Origin: Octopus bimaculoides
Taxonomy: Eukaryota
Direction of reading: 5' to 3'
Assembly (NCBI RefSeq): GCF_001194135.2
Contig: NC_068982.1
Coordinates: 48,683,308 to 48,747,307, forward strand
Length of the DNA stretch: 64,000 nucleotides
Positions within the stretch are counted from its first letter, which is position 1; each line of letters starts with the position of its first letter. Under the pieces are notes generated by a model. That model saw nothing but the letters and a program-made list of their open reading frames with translations. It ran no database searches and had not been told where the DNA came from. This document shows positions 24,491 through 38,689 of the stretch, piece after piece. The position numbers and the translations under genes are program-made.

Positions 24491-24713
24491 TTTGAATTCC
24501 CATGTCTTAAGATAGTACTTGTCCCAACAAAATAGACCTATGACAAAAAATATGTCCGTGTGATGACTGTCCTGTTTTTTTTTTTTGTTCATATACCTTG
24601 GATTACATTGTACCATGTGACTTTTCTCACACAGCTTTGGTCAGTTCAAGGTACTGTGAAGTGAAACTGAACCTAAGACCCCATGGTTGGGAAGCAAGCT
24701 TCTTAACCACACA

Positions 24714-24772
<59 letters not shown>

Positions 24773-25985
24773 ATGTGTGTGTCTGTGTCTGTTACACAAT
24801 ATCCTGACTTGCAACTGGTGTTGGTTTGTTTATGTGCCCATAACTTAGTAGCTCAGCAAAAGAGATTGATAGAATACATATCAGACTTTTAAAAGGAAAA
24901 AACCTAAGTACTAGAATCGATTTTCTTTTTTTTTTTTTTCTTTTTTTTTTGTTATCTAAAACCCTTCAAGGTGGTGCCCCAGCATTACCACAATAAAAGA
25001 TCCAAAAAGTGAATTAATACTCCAGAAAATTATAATCTTTATGATAAAAATTTCCACTCAGACTTTTAGATATTATTTGATTTAGCATTTTTCTTTTTTT
25101 CTTTTTCTAGATAATGGATATTCCCTGGCCTGAAGTCAGTAGACATAATAACTACATTGGTACTGATATTTATCTTAATGTGTAAAGTCAAGCAACAGAC
25201 AACATATCACATTCTATTTGTGATGAAATATTTGTGAAGAAGTCTCTACACAGCTCCATCTGCTAGAAATAGCATCCAGATTGCTTTCAAAATATACCTC
25301 ACTCATAATAATCATCATTGTTTAATCTTCACTTTTCCATGCGTGCATGGGTCAGTTAGAATTCGTTGAGGCAGAATTTCTTTTTTCTACAGTCAGATGC
25401 TCTTCCTGCTGCCATCTCTCACTTGTTTCCAAGCAAAGTTATATTTTCTCTTGGCCAGACAGGTTTTTCACTGAAGGCTAGAAATGGACAACCACATTTG
25501 TATAACAACGATGATCATTTATAACCTTCATATGACATCTAGACAGGGGGACTCACAAATGTACACACAAACACACACACACTTAGGAGTCTGACAAAGG
25601 AAGACCAAGAGAATAAGTACCAGGCCTTACAAAAAAATAATAATAAGTACTGGGGTCGGTTTATTTGACCAAAATTCTTCAAGGTAGTGCCCCAGTATGG
25701 TTGCAGTCTAATGACTGGAAAAAGAAAAAGAACCTTAGGAATAACTTGAAACCCACTTTGATAAACAATAATATAATATGTGATTAACAATGATTTAAAA
25801 GTTAAGGATTAACAGATATTTGATACTTTCAGCAATTATTTCTTTATTAGTCTTATATATTATAAAAATCGTGTAGATGTATCAACATTCCTATACACAA
25901 AGTGTCTATACCTACAACAGACACAAAATACTTTGAAAAAGGAAAACCAAGAAAATAAAAATATATATACATACATACACGTCTA

Positions 25986-26040
<55 letters not shown>

Positions 26041-26461
26041 TTTAGTTNNNNNNNNNNNNNNNNNNNNNNNNNNNNNNNNNNNNNNNNNNNNNNNNNNNNN
26101 NNNNNNNNNNNNNNNNNNNNNNNNNNNNNNNNNNNNNNNNNNNNNNNNNNNNNNNNNNNNNNNNNNNNNNNNNNNNNNNNNNNNNNNNNNNNNNNNNNNN
26201 NNNNNNNNNNNNNNNNNNNNNNNNNNNNNNNNNNNNNNNNNNNNNNNNNNNNNNNNNNNNNNNNNNNNNNNNNNNNNNNNNNNNNNNNNNNNNNNNNNNN
26301 NNNNNNNNNNNNNNNNNNNNNNNNNNNNNNNNNNNNNNNNNNNNNNNNNNNNNNNNNNNNNNNNNNNNNNNNNNNNNNNNNNNNNNNNNNNNNNNNNNNN
26401 NNNNNNNNNNNNNNNNNNNNNNNNNNNNNNNNNNNNNNNNNNNNNNNNNNNNNNNNNNNNN

Positions 26462-26504
<43 letters not shown>

Positions 26505-26699
26505 CCATGCAGTATGAGTGCACCATTGTAGGAGTAATTTATTGTATGAGCAGAGATTCATGTGAATTTTTGTTTTGAAATATGAGTGGAAATCTGCAGT
26601 ATGAGCACACAAATCATCCCAGCTTTAATGTAATTCAATTAATAAAACCAGTTTATATTCTCTTTTTTATAATTACAGTTTGCATTCTCTTTTGCTTAT

Positions 26700-26897
26700 A
26701 ATTGTCATTTTACTTGTAACTACATCTGTTCTGATTTAAAACCATAAAAAATTATTTTGAGTGGGTTTTGGGGTCTGGAATGGATTAATTGTAGTTTAGT
26801 TAATTTCAATGGAGAAAATTGATTTGTAAATTGAGTAAATCATAAGACGAGCTCAGTCATGGAATGAATTAAACTCATACTGTGAGGTATCACAGTA
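26700..26897. mobile_element. Partial Tigger/pogo-like MITE end
   Basis: Ends in TGAGGTATCACAGTA, resembling Tigger-type GAGGTACCACTG-TA termini; the left end is not identified. Confidence 0.35.
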
Positions 26898-27354
26898 ATA
26901 TATTCACAGAGAATCATGAATTTAAATTACATTTAATTATAAATACTTTCCTTACTGTTTTCTATTTACATTCATATCAGTTTTTCCTTGAACACAGATA
27001 ATAAACAAGTATGCAAATGAAGATATTTGCATAAGCTTTAGAAGCAGATATTATGTTATTGGATGCCCTTCCTTATGTTATTACTTCTGATATCTCTAAA
27101 ATGATACTGCTATCTATATTCTGATTTATAGATGTTATGAGACCCTTTTATTACGTGTACTGCTAATAGAATTTATATCAATATTAGCATAGCCATTCTT
27201 TAGAAGAGATGTCTCGAATATACATTACCGTCATTTCCTGATGCGTTTCAAATTATCGCCATATATACATATACACACTTACATGTACATATTTATATAT
27301 TTACACATATACATACACATGTGTATATATCAAAATTTCATGAAGCAAACTGCC

Positions 27355-27409
<55 letters not shown>

Positions 27410-28499
27410 TATATATATACATACACATATATATATATACACATACACATATATATATACACACATACACATATATACATACATACCTGTGTGTGTATAT
27501 GACTACATGTATGTATGTATTATGTCAAAGGAACAATTATGACTGAGCTTTTATTTTTACTAAGGATTTTTCATATTTCTTTATCCAGCCTTTATGTTTA
27601 ATTCAGAACATAAGGGTTCTGAAGGCCATTTGTCTACTAACATTTAAAAGCTATCTTAGCTTCATTCTCAGAATAAAACTATTGCGGAATGGATTATTTT
27701 CATGTGCTTTGCAATAGTTTGCAAAGCATCATGGTGATTTTCCCTCTTTTTTCTTTTAAATGCCAAACTTAGAATTTATTTAAGTCAAATCCAGTAGTTT
27801 TCATACTTAATTACACATATGCATGATGTTCCTGTGTTGATTTTTCAGATTATATTTTTTCCATTACTAAAGCTTCCATCGATACTCTTCTCATTTTTTT
27901 TTTTTTTTTTTTTTTGTAAAATTCAGTGTAGTATTGCTAACTGATGCTACTTTATCAAATTTTGTTGCACTTACTACATTGTAGAGTGTTGTGATGGCTC
28001 GTTGTTCAAAATGCACAAATGCACAGTCAAACAATAGAAGGGTATTGTATGATCATTGCAGCAGTTTTGATTCATGAACATTATCGCTGTCAAGTTTGCA
28101 TTGAAATTTATATTCTACATTAGTTGTTAGAAGTATGTTCTGTGTTTTAGTTCATGGTTTTGTTTCATTATGAAGGTTCTTTTTCATTTTAATACTTTTA
28201 TAATATATTTCAGCATTGAGTTTGTGGTTAGGTATGATACTTGTATTTTACTGTTAGTTTTTCCTAATCATATTTTCATCCATTCAATAACCTGAGTGCA
28301 TTTGGTTCTTGTGGTAGTCAATATACATCATGTGATTATTTTCGTTGGGTACTGAATTTTATAAGTGTAGTCGAATTCATTTTTGTGACATACTGTGGTA
28401 TGGTCAACTAATCAAATGAGGGACCTGTTGTTAATTAAGGTTTATTAAGAGAGCAGTAAATCTCACAACCTGATTAGTGGAGCAATAACTCAGATTTAA

Positions 28500-28692
28500 C
28501 CCTTTTGATACCAACCCGACTGAAACCACCTCTGGCTCTGTAGTTCAAATGTCTTGTTTTCAAAAGTTCTAAATTAAAATCTTCCTCCAAACCTTGGTCA
28601 CAATTTATGTTCTTTTACTAAGTTCTTTGTTATATTTATAATTAATTGAAAGAAACACAGAGCATCTCAACAGAAGTATGGTAACAAAAGGG
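28500..28692. mobile_element. piggyBac-type MITE
   Basis: TTAA target duplications at 28496-99 and 28693-96; termini CCCTTTTG...CAAAAGGG. Confidence 0.85.
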
Positions 28693-29199
28693 TTAACACT
28701 GATGGTATAAGGAAGATTCTAATCTTGATAGACAAACTCTGTAGTGCAGGTGGCACAACGAAATGCACCCAGTTCATCAGTAAAGTGGTGTGAGACTGAT
28801 ACTTAAAATTATGCAATGGAAAAATCAAATCCTAATTATGCAAACAGGACTAAAAATTACCTTGTTAATGCTGTACATGATAGTGGGATGACTAGGTGGG
28901 AACATATGTCAAAGTGAGGGAACCTCTTGATTCATCAAATGATTGTTCTTGTAATTCTTTTCTCTTGAAATGCAGTGGTGCATAGGTTGTTTGAAGTTTG
29001 TTTCATTTCAAGAAACAAACTTCAAACAACCTCTACACCACTGAAACTTAGCTCTTTTCATCAAAAGCTCCTGTATCTAAATGGATGCGAAATTATGTAG
29101 AGAAAGCACTACAGTAATTGATTTATGAGTAAATGGACAAGTTGGGCTCTAACACAATAGGAGGCTATGGCTATAGTATGAGGAAATGAAGTGGGATCA

Positions 29200-29672
29200 A
29201 GCTTAGTGAAAATCTGTGATGCAACTAACTAACACTTGGCAACACTAACTTCAGGAAACCAGCCAACCATCTGATCATCTACCAATGCAATCCAAAAGAC
29301 TTTATACTCACTGGAAAAAATACTAAGTCCTCCTGCAATGATGTCTCAATTCTCACTAACACACTACTTTGAAATCTTGAACATGTAACATGCTCTGATC
29401 CTCTCATTGTATGTTCCCTAGAGGGTACTCTTGACAGAGTCTCTTACTCACGTGACTTAACTAACAACAGAGATGAGTGTTCTGGAGACATATAGACAAG
29501 AATAAAAGCAAGGTGGAAAATTTTTAGAGATTCTCTTCCCCATGCCTTTCTCAGTGGAAGAAGAAGACCAAGAAAGACATGGAAAGAAAAAAAAAGTGAT
29601 GAAAGCCAATCTCATGAAAATGAACCTTGTAATGGAGATGACAAATGATTACAACAAATGACACGATTCTGT
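29200..29672 (+). mobile_element. Heavily deleted RTE LINE relic
   Basis: An endonuclease-like remnant (LTLGNTNFRKPANHL), a post-RT remnant (TRIKARWKIFRD) and the C-terminal GRRRPRKTWKE motif appear in order within less than 500 bp. Confidence 0.6.
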
Positions 29673-29677
29673 GTTAG

Positions 29678-29899
29678 CCCTTTTGATACCAACCCAGCTG
29701 AAACCACCTCTGGCTCTGTAGTATAAATGTCTAGTTACCAAAAGTTCTGAATTAAAATCTTACACTAAACCTTAGTCACAATTTATGTTCCTAACACTAG
29801 CTTAATGATAACTAAGTTATTTTACTAAATTCTTTGTTATATTTAAAATTAATTGAAAGTAACACAGTGCATCTCAACAGAAATATGGTAATAAAAGGG
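29678..29899. mobile_element. piggyBac-type MITE, a longer copy of the 28500 family
   Basis: TTAG/TTAA flanks and CCCTTTTG...AAAAGGG termini. It carries about 29 bp of internal sequence absent from the 28500 copy. Confidence 0.85.
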
Positions 29900-31063
29900 T
29901 TAAGGAATACCTATCCAACCCATGCAAGCATTGAAAACCAGACATAAAAATGATGACAATCACGAAAATAGTAATAATAATAATGATGATATCAATAAAT
30001 TTACCCCTTTCAAATACTCATATACAAATATACATTTTCTCTACATTAGTTTAATTCTTTTCTACTACATTAGTTTAACTCAGTATGATGGCATTAGAGA
30101 GTTTTCATTTCATTTAATTAAATAAACCTTTAACAGCATCAGCTTTGCTATTACAACAAATCGTATTTCTTCACTGTTCAGCATTTAAGTTTTGAAACCA
30201 AATACTTTAGAATGTTAATCCTTAGAGTGAGAGAAGCACTTTAGATAGCTGCCTATTGATTTTAGAATTAGTATTGTTCTCAGTAGCTTCTTTACAATGA
30301 TAAATCATTCCAATATTCTCATTTATTTACCATAAAAGCACGTGATTACTGTACCATTAAAAAAAAAACAAAAAAAAAACCAAAGTTACATGTACAAAGA
30401 ACAGTTGGTTACTATCTGATGGTATAGTTTATATAGAATGAAATGATGCCATGCAGTAATCACAGGGATGTAGTGAGCTACCTAACAACTTAGTTTCATT
30501 CATTCAAACATTCTAATTACCCAGCAGTCTAGTAGTTAGTTGTAGTAGCTACTGTGTAGTCAGTATGACTGCATCTTCAACTGATTCACTTTTATTATTA
30601 GTGGATGAGAGAATAAGACACTTGTCTGTTGAATGGGTTTTTGAAGTTCATTCAGTGAATTGAGAGCTTTTCTGTTTAATGTAATTCCTGTATTGGATTC
30701 TGATTGGGGTAGAATGATTACAAGAAAATGAATGGCACCTAATTTAGAAAAGAGGAAATCTGAAATGTTGCAACAAATATTAAGAGGAAAACTTGTAGAA
30801 TAGTTGTGAATTCAAAAGTCAACCTGATAGAGAACTACACTTTAAGTCTTTTACTATAACTTGAATATGGAATAATAACGAAGTGCAAGCATGGCTGCAT
30901 GGTAAAAAGATCTGATTCACAACCAAGTGGTGTTAAGTTTAGTCCCATTGCATGGCACCTCAGGCGTGTGTCTAGTATTATAGTCACAGATTGACCAATG
31001 TCTTATGAATGAAATTTGGTTGATGGAAACTGTGTGGAAACCTACTATGTATATGGTTTGTTT

Positions 31064-31283
31064 GAGGGAGAGCTGAAAAGTTCCTGGCTGTAAGACCTGG
31101 CTGAAAGACCTGGTTGAAGGCCCAACTTTCTGAGTTCTTTTACAGGGCTTAGAAAAACTGAAGGACCATTGCAGTAAGTGTGTGAATCTGAGAGAGGAAT
31201 AATGTTGAATAAAATCCTAATTAACTGATCCTCTTGTTTTTTTTTTCTTATCCTCAAAGCCAGGAACTTTTCTGTACCCCCTT
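31064..31283 (+). mobile_element. mariner-derived MITE retaining the transposase C-terminus
   Basis: TIRs GAGGGAGAGCTGAAAAGTTCCTGGCT / AGCCAGGAACTTTTCTGTACCCCC. Internal KLKDHCSKCVNLRG resembles the mariner terminal motif (W.KCv...G.YvE). Confidence 0.7.
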
Positions 31284-31624
31284 GAATATGTGTGTGTTTG
31301 TGCATGTATGTGTTTGTGCATGTGTGTGTATGCATGTATGTACATGTGTTTGCATATGTGTGCATGTACATATGTGTGCATGTACATATGTGTCTTTTCA
31401 TGTGCACTCGTTACTGTATATCTTTGTATTAACACCATTGAGGCAGCAGTGGCAATGTTAAGGTTCTGTATAAGTAAAAGGCCAAGCAGCTTGACGGCTA
31501 ATGCAATGGCAGAATAAAATACCTTACTTGAGAAACAAGAAAGGGTTGGCATCAAAAAGGGTGTCAGCCTCACCAAGTCTTATCCACACCGTGCCAGCAT
31601 AGAAAACAAGGGGACATAACTACA

Positions 31625-31950
31625 ACAATGAATGAATGAATGAATGAAAATATAGATGATTAAAAAAATAATTGAATGAATGAATAAGTGATTGAATAAA
31701 TAGACAAATGAAGGAATAAAAAAATAAAGAAATGAAAGAATAGATGAATAAATGAATAAAAGAATGAGTGAATGAATGAATAAAAGAATAAATAAATAAA
31801 TAAATAAATGAATGAATGAATGAATGAGTAGATGAATAAATGAATAAAAGAATAAGTGAATGAATGAATTAAAAAATGAATGACTAAGAGAATGAATGAA
31901 TAAAGGAATAAAAGAATATATAAATGAATGATTGAAATAATTAATGACTG
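31625..31950. repeat. Degenerate (TGAA)n/(TAAA)n tetranucleotide array
   Basis: Read directly; source of ORF 31660-32121. Confidence 0.9.
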
Positions 31951-33289
31951 AATATCTTGAACAAAAATTTGACCAACAAGATTGTTATTTGTGTAGAATA
32001 TTGACAAAGTATCAACTGATAAAAGCAGTGATGCAGTGTAAGGTGACAAGCTGGCAGAATCGTGAGCACACCAGGCAAAATGCTTAGCAGCATTTCGTCT
32101 GGCTTTATGTTCTGAGTTCAAATTATGCCAAAGTCAGCTTTGCCTTTCTGGGTCAATAAACTAAGTACTAGTTGAGTATTGGGGGTAGATGTAATCAAAC
32201 TTACCCCCTTTGTCAAAATTACTGGCCTTGTGCCAAAATTTGAAATCGATATCAGTAATGAGGTTGAAAGGAGAGGAAAGTTAAGGAATTTTCATAACAT
32301 AAGGTCTGAGACTAAAGATTTCTAATTCTTTATTGCTATGAAATGACAATAAATAATTCATTTATCAATAAATTTTTGTCATGGTGAATGACAATAAATA
32401 ACCACATTCTTAAAATCAAATTATTATATATATATGTATATACAAACACCCTTTACATAGACGTATAAATACGTAATTTTAATTTGACAAAGACTGAAGA
32501 CAAATATGTCTTATAAATTGTACAGAAAATTAATATTTATTTGAAGAGAAGAACTCCTGAACATAAACATTATTACCTTTCTTGTTTCAAGATGATGAAT
32601 TAAATTTGACAATGCATAATAAAATGTAACAATCCTTATCAAAAATATTAGAAATTGAGAAAAAGAAAAAGCAATGTAAGTGTATTATGCGTGTGCATGT
32701 AAGTATATGTGCACATGTGTAAAACAAAGAAAGTATGGAGAAGGAAAGTAATAATTTAAGGATACATCTATGTGAAGTAGGAAAGAGAACTGAAGGGATA
32801 AAAGAGACAAGAGATGGAGAATAATAGAGGAAATAAGAAGAAAAACAGAAAGAGAGAGAGAGAGAGTAAGAAAGGAAGTGTAAGAGAGCAGGAGAATGGA
32901 CAGTAAGGGAGAGGAGGAGAGAATAGGAATGTGGAGAAAGAGAAAAAGATGATAATATAGAGTATTGAAAATTGCAAATGTTAAAACATTTAGCTGTTAA
33001 AACATCCATATCAGACCTAATTACTCTACCTGTAATAATTGTTTCTGATTTTGGCACAAGGCCAGCAATTTCAAAGGAAGTGGATAAGTTGGTCTCATTG
33101 ACTCCAATAGTCGAATGATACTATACTTCGCTGACCCTTGCAGTATAAAAGCTGAATTTTGCCTCAGCATGATTTGAACTCAGAATGTAAAGAGATGAAA
33201 AAGTACTGCAAAACATTTTATCTGATGCTCTAACACTTCTGCTAATCCACTACCCTTGGTTTTTGCTTTAGACACAAGGCCAACATTTT

Positions 33290-33896
33290 TAAACCTTTAA
33301 CATATCTGGCCCAAATATTCTACCTGTTTAATGCTACCACCTACCCTACAAAGTCATTCTAAAAAACAAAAGGTGCAAGCCTGGCTGTGTGGTAAGAAGC
33401 TTGCTTCCCAACCACATAGCTCCAGGTTCAGTCACACTGCATGGCACCTTGGGCAAATGTCTTCTACTATAGCCTCAGGCTAACCAAAATTTTTTTGTGA
33501 GTGGATTTTCTGTAAATGAAAACTGAAAGAAGCCCATCATGTATGTGTAGGTGTGTGTGTGCATGTCTTTGTGTCTGTTTGTCCCCCCACCATCACTTGA
33601 TCGTTGTTGGTGTGTTTACGCCCCTGTAATTTAGTATTTCGGCAAAACAGACCGATAGAATAAGCACTAAGCTTACAAAGAATAAGTCTTGGGGTCAATT
33701 TCTTTGACTAAAATCTTTTAAGGCAGTGCTCCAGCATGGCCACAGCCAAATGATTGCAATATGTAAAAGAATAAAAGAATCAGAAAACCAAAATCTCACC
33801 GCTACAAGATGTTGCATGATTAATTCAAAACAATGTGAATAAATAAGCATTACATTTTCACAGAGTAACATGAATACTAAAGGGTTAAGGAGAGGA
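33290..33896. mobile_element. TTAA-type MITE (...AATGCTAAAGGGTTAA family) split by a SINE insertion; other copies at about 1321-1550, 1686-1890, 17620-17850, 40540-40670, 55430-55560
   Basis: The MITE left part (33290-33370) and right part (33781-33896) are co-linear with the 17620-17850 copy; the SINE at 33374-33780 lies between them. Confidence 0.7.
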
Positions 33897-34751
33897 ATAA
33901 GTTGTTGACATCACCCCAAGTGTTTGATTGGCATTTTATTTTATTGACTTTGGAGGCAAGAAAGGCAAAGTTGGCTTCAACAGTGCATAAAGAACTAGTA
34001 ATAACTTAGCCAATACAGCAATNNNNNNNNNNNNNNNNNNNNNNNNNNNNNNNNNNNNNNNNNNNNNNNNNNNNNNNNNNNNNNNNNNNNNNNNNNNNNN
34101 NNNNNNNNNNNNNNNNNNNNNNNNNNNNNNNNNNNNNNNNNNNNNNNNNNNNNNNNNNNNNNNNNNNNNNNNNNNNNNNNNNNNNNNNNNNNNNNNNNNN
34201 NNNNNNNNNNNNNNNNNNNNNNNNNNNNNNNNNNNNNNNNNNNNNNNNNNNNNNNNNNNNNNNNNNNNNNNNGTGTGTGTGTGTGTGTGTGTGGGTGTGT
34301 GTGTGTGTGTGCAAAGGAAATTCTGACAAACAACATGATATTTAAATGTATACTTACATGATTGCAATATAAAGAAGCTTTATGCTTCATTTCATATCAA
34401 ATTAATGCTCTACAGATTTTTATCATTATATCATTGCTTTTTCTATCAAGACACAAATATTGAAAGGTTGAGTCAAAAGTATAGAATCCAAGTACAAACC
34501 CATATATATATTCATGTTCTTAATTATTGATATTACTTTAATTGCTTCTGAAAGTATACAGTTCAATAATATAAGTGCATGTAACTTTATTTGATGGTAT
34601 ATCATGTCAGCATACATGTTTCATGACTCTTAGATTTCTATATGATATGCAAGCCTTGAACTTTCTTTCATCTGTAAATTGTGTGATATCTAGTCTTTGA
34701 ACATTTATCCAAATATTAGGTTTTTGTGATACACACACACACACACACACA

Positions 34752-34804
<53 letters not shown>

Positions 34805-35167
34805 TCACTTAAGTATATATACGTACATAAATATATACATACATAGTTATGTTACGTCACCTATTTTGTTAAGTCATGCTTTGTATTAAAAAATAAGCTA
34901 TAAATGTAGTTCAATCAATGTGATGGTTAATCTGTGGTTTTCTCCATTTTCTAATTATATGCATACATAAATATATATAATTACAAATTTTGCATTTCTG
35001 AATCTCTCAGGGAGACTTATACAGTAGCAGCAAGATAAAGTGATGGTTTGTTGCCAACTTAATGTGGCAGTCCCAGGAAAGGGAAGAATGCTACTGCTAT
35101 TTAGCCCCAGGAAACACTGTTTCCAGTTGGCTATGTGACAAAAGTATTCTGTGTCGTTAAGTTTTCA

Positions 35168-35364
35168 AACAGGAGAGATAAGCACCTCCACCCAGCGAAG
35201 CCGGCATCCAGAATTTATTTCACTTGAAATTTTATAAGATTTCAACAGCAAATAAGCATTGACAGCTAGCAAGCCAAGCTACTCCAGATTGATGAAAAGC
35301 AATAACTCTGAAACTAGTCTCTGGATGCTGGCTTTGCTAGGTGGAGGTGCTTATCTCCACTGTT
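35168..35364. mobile_element. MITE with ~45-bp terminal inverted repeats
   Basis: AACAGGAGAGATAAGCACCTCCACCCAGCGAAGCCGGCATCCAGA versus TCTGGATGCTGGCTTTGCTAGGTGGAGGTGCTTATCTCCACTGTT. Confidence 0.75.
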
Positions 35365-36471
35365 AAGGTGAATTTATTTGTAGAGAGAGTTATAGTAGTA
35401 AAAAATACAATTATAATTAAGGGCATAGAGGAAACCATGCCTACACCCTTAATTATAACTGCATTTTATACTATAATAAATCTCTATATATGTATATCTA
35501 TATATTCAACGGGCTTTTTGAGTTTCTGCTCACAAGATATTGATTGACTTGGCGCTTTCATTGAAGACACTTGCCCAAGATAGCATGCAGTGGGACCAAA
35601 CCCAAGACCATATTGTTGAGAAGCAAGCTTTTTAACCACAAAGCCACACATGAAGGGTATGCAATATTTTTGTCTAGAAATAATTTTGTAGATTCATGGT
35701 GACTGAGTAGTTATTGCTGCTGCTAAATCCCAATCTGGCACTAATCAAGCAAACATATAATCTAAAATTTTCCAGATGTGGCCACCCTATCATTCTTTTT
35801 TTTTTTTTTTTTTTTTTGATGATATAGAATATTCTATCTATGCACCCTTCTTCAAGGTGTAATTTAAAGAAAGTTTTTGACTGCCATTTCCACTAGGAGC
35901 CAACAGACAGCAGCTCTCTTGTTGGATTATGATATCTGCATAGGATCAGTGCGTGAAGTCATATCCTATCACTGGCACAATAATGTATCTTTGGACTTAA
36001 CCATTGGCTAATTTTTTGTTGGAAATAATTAGACCATATCTAAAACAGGCCTGCTAATAAAGCTTTTATTAAATTACTGATTGAATTACAACACAGGTAA
36101 TGAATTCTACCAAACTCATCTTAGTTTGTCCAACTTTACAAATAGTTAAGAAATGCAGAAATGTGGCAGACTGGCTTTGATTGCCATGTAAATTGTACCA
36201 TTGCAGAAAAATTTGAGTCAAGAACTATATCATTACTGTCGATAGAACAGTCTCCAGATGTTAAATCTTGAATCATTTCTGCTTTATGACACTATTTATT
36301 TCACTATAAGTCATAGATATAGTACATATGTTGTGTGAAATCTTGTAGCAACTTATATTCAGAACAATATAGCATGCATTATATTACCTTTACTGGATAC
36401 ATTACCTTGGCATCTACTCATAAACAAGTCTGTACAACATAGTAATAGCTTTGCTTTGAGAGTGTGAACTC

Positions 36472-36512
<41 letters not shown>

Positions 36513-37493
36513 TTGTGATCTCTCTGTCATCTAAACTGTTCATCAACTTTCACTTTATATAATGTTTAAGGTTTGAAGGCTAACTCCAGTCTAGATGAGA
36601 ACATATATAATGCTACCTTGCTGCAGTCGACAAATAGTTGTTAATAATATGACATAGATAAAATATATAAGAATGAGTATAAGCATTTTAAGAGATTAAA
36701 GAAAATAAATACATAAATAATCAATACAATGCATCATTGGAAATATGATAAACTGGATTATAATGGATAGGATGATATTTTATACAATAATCCTGACCTG
36801 ATGAATATTTTTTTGCAATATAAGCACATTAATATATTTTGAATATAAACAGATTAATATATTTAGAATGATAAAGACTGAATTTTGTCTAAAAAATTAG
36901 TAAACTCACATTAAAATGGAAATTATAATTTTTATGGTATTCTCACAAATATAATATTATACGCCATGTGTGTGTATGTGTATATGTGTGTATGTGTATA
37001 TGTGTGTATATGTGTTTGAATATGTTCTGTTCTCTGTTGTTTTTGTTTTTTTTTTCCTTCCCCGCATTGTACAGCTAATGATAGATATACACACACATAT
37101 AAACAAATATACACTTATCTTTTTTATGTACTTAAAATTATAGCTATCGAGAAATATATGATGAATATTTATTAAGAGCGATAGCAATACAAAATTATGA
37201 ATGATTTCTATACTGATTTCACTTTCTTTTGTCTTCAGTTTCCCCCAAACTTTGTTAGGTTATGTAGAATCAGAACATTTGCATTTTGGTTCACAGACAG
37301 CTGACTGTTGTCTTCATTCACTAATGTATTCATGTAAATATACACTCATACATTCATACAAGCATAAATACATACACACAATTCATTTCAAAATGAACAA
37401 TTTGAGATTGAAAATGTATTTATACATGCATAAATGTATGACGTATGCATTCTTGTATATATATGCACACATATACATTATGTATGTATGCGA

Positions 37494-37604
<111 letters not shown>

Positions 37605-37631
37605 AATTCATACATACATATACATTTATAA

Positions 37632-37671
<40 letters not shown>

Positions 37672-37892
37672 TTATTTAAAACTTGGCACAATATTTCTTG
37701 CAGCTGATAATGATCATGTCAATCAGACCAATAGCTATGCCAAGATTTGAATAAAAGAATATTAAACTTCATGCTTGTATCATGTATTGAGTACTAAATT
37801 TAAAAGAAGACCATTTCAATTGAACCAAATTCAATGAATCTGTGTGTGAATGATTGATTAACTGATTGATTGATTAATAGACAGAGATAGAT

Positions 37893-37925
<33 letters not shown>

Positions 37926-37926
37926 C

Positions 37927-37961
<35 letters not shown>

Positions 37962-38051
37962 TATATATATATATATATATATATAGATACATTTCTTTTA
38001 TTAGCCACACAGGGCTCAACGAAGATGGGACAAATATATATATATATATAT

Positions 38052-38114
<63 letters not shown>

Positions 38115-38381
38115 CAGAGACAGACAGACAGACAGATAGATAAATCTTATACATATACACACATATATACACACACATTATATATACATACAAATTATAT
38201 ACACACACACATATATCATCATCCTCACCATCATAATGATGATTGTTTTAATGTCTTTCCCATGCTTGCTTAGCTCAGATGACATCAGGTAGCCTAAATG
38301 GTGAAAGTGCTCTAATTGGAATTACTATTAGACATCTCTCCAAAGTCCAAAATGTTATATATATATACACATACATACACA

Positions 38382-38598
38382 CAGTAATCCCTCGACTATC
38401 ATGGGTGTTATGTTCCAAAACCCCCCGCAGTAGGTGAAAATCCACCAAGTCGAAACAGTACAGTGCTGTATACTTTTTCCTTATTTTTATAATTTGTGTA
38501 TATTTGTATATAAATGCAAAACAACACCGCAGAGAAATCAACGTAGGTTTAAATAATAAATAGCGATAGGTGAACTGTGATATGGTGAGGGATTACTG
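38382..38598. mobile_element. Tigger/pogo-like (Tc1/mariner superfamily) MITE
   Basis: TIRs CAGTAATCCCTC / GAGGGATTACTG; the flanking dinucleotides are CA, a decayed form of the TA target site. Confidence 0.8.
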
Positions 38599-38689
38599 CA
38601 TATATATAAGCACACACACACATACATACATACACATACATGCACATACGCTCACACTCATATATATATAAAACTTTCAATTAAATTCC

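Noticed and set aside
31660-33057. 153-156-aa hydrophobic ORFs resembling membrane proteins
   Set aside because: Antisense translations of (TGAA)n/(TAAA)n and AG-rich repeats.
36130-36290. Short open frames on both strands (KFESRTISLL... and AEMIQDLTSGD...)
   Set aside because: Weak splice sites, and the two readings cannot be told apart from chance.
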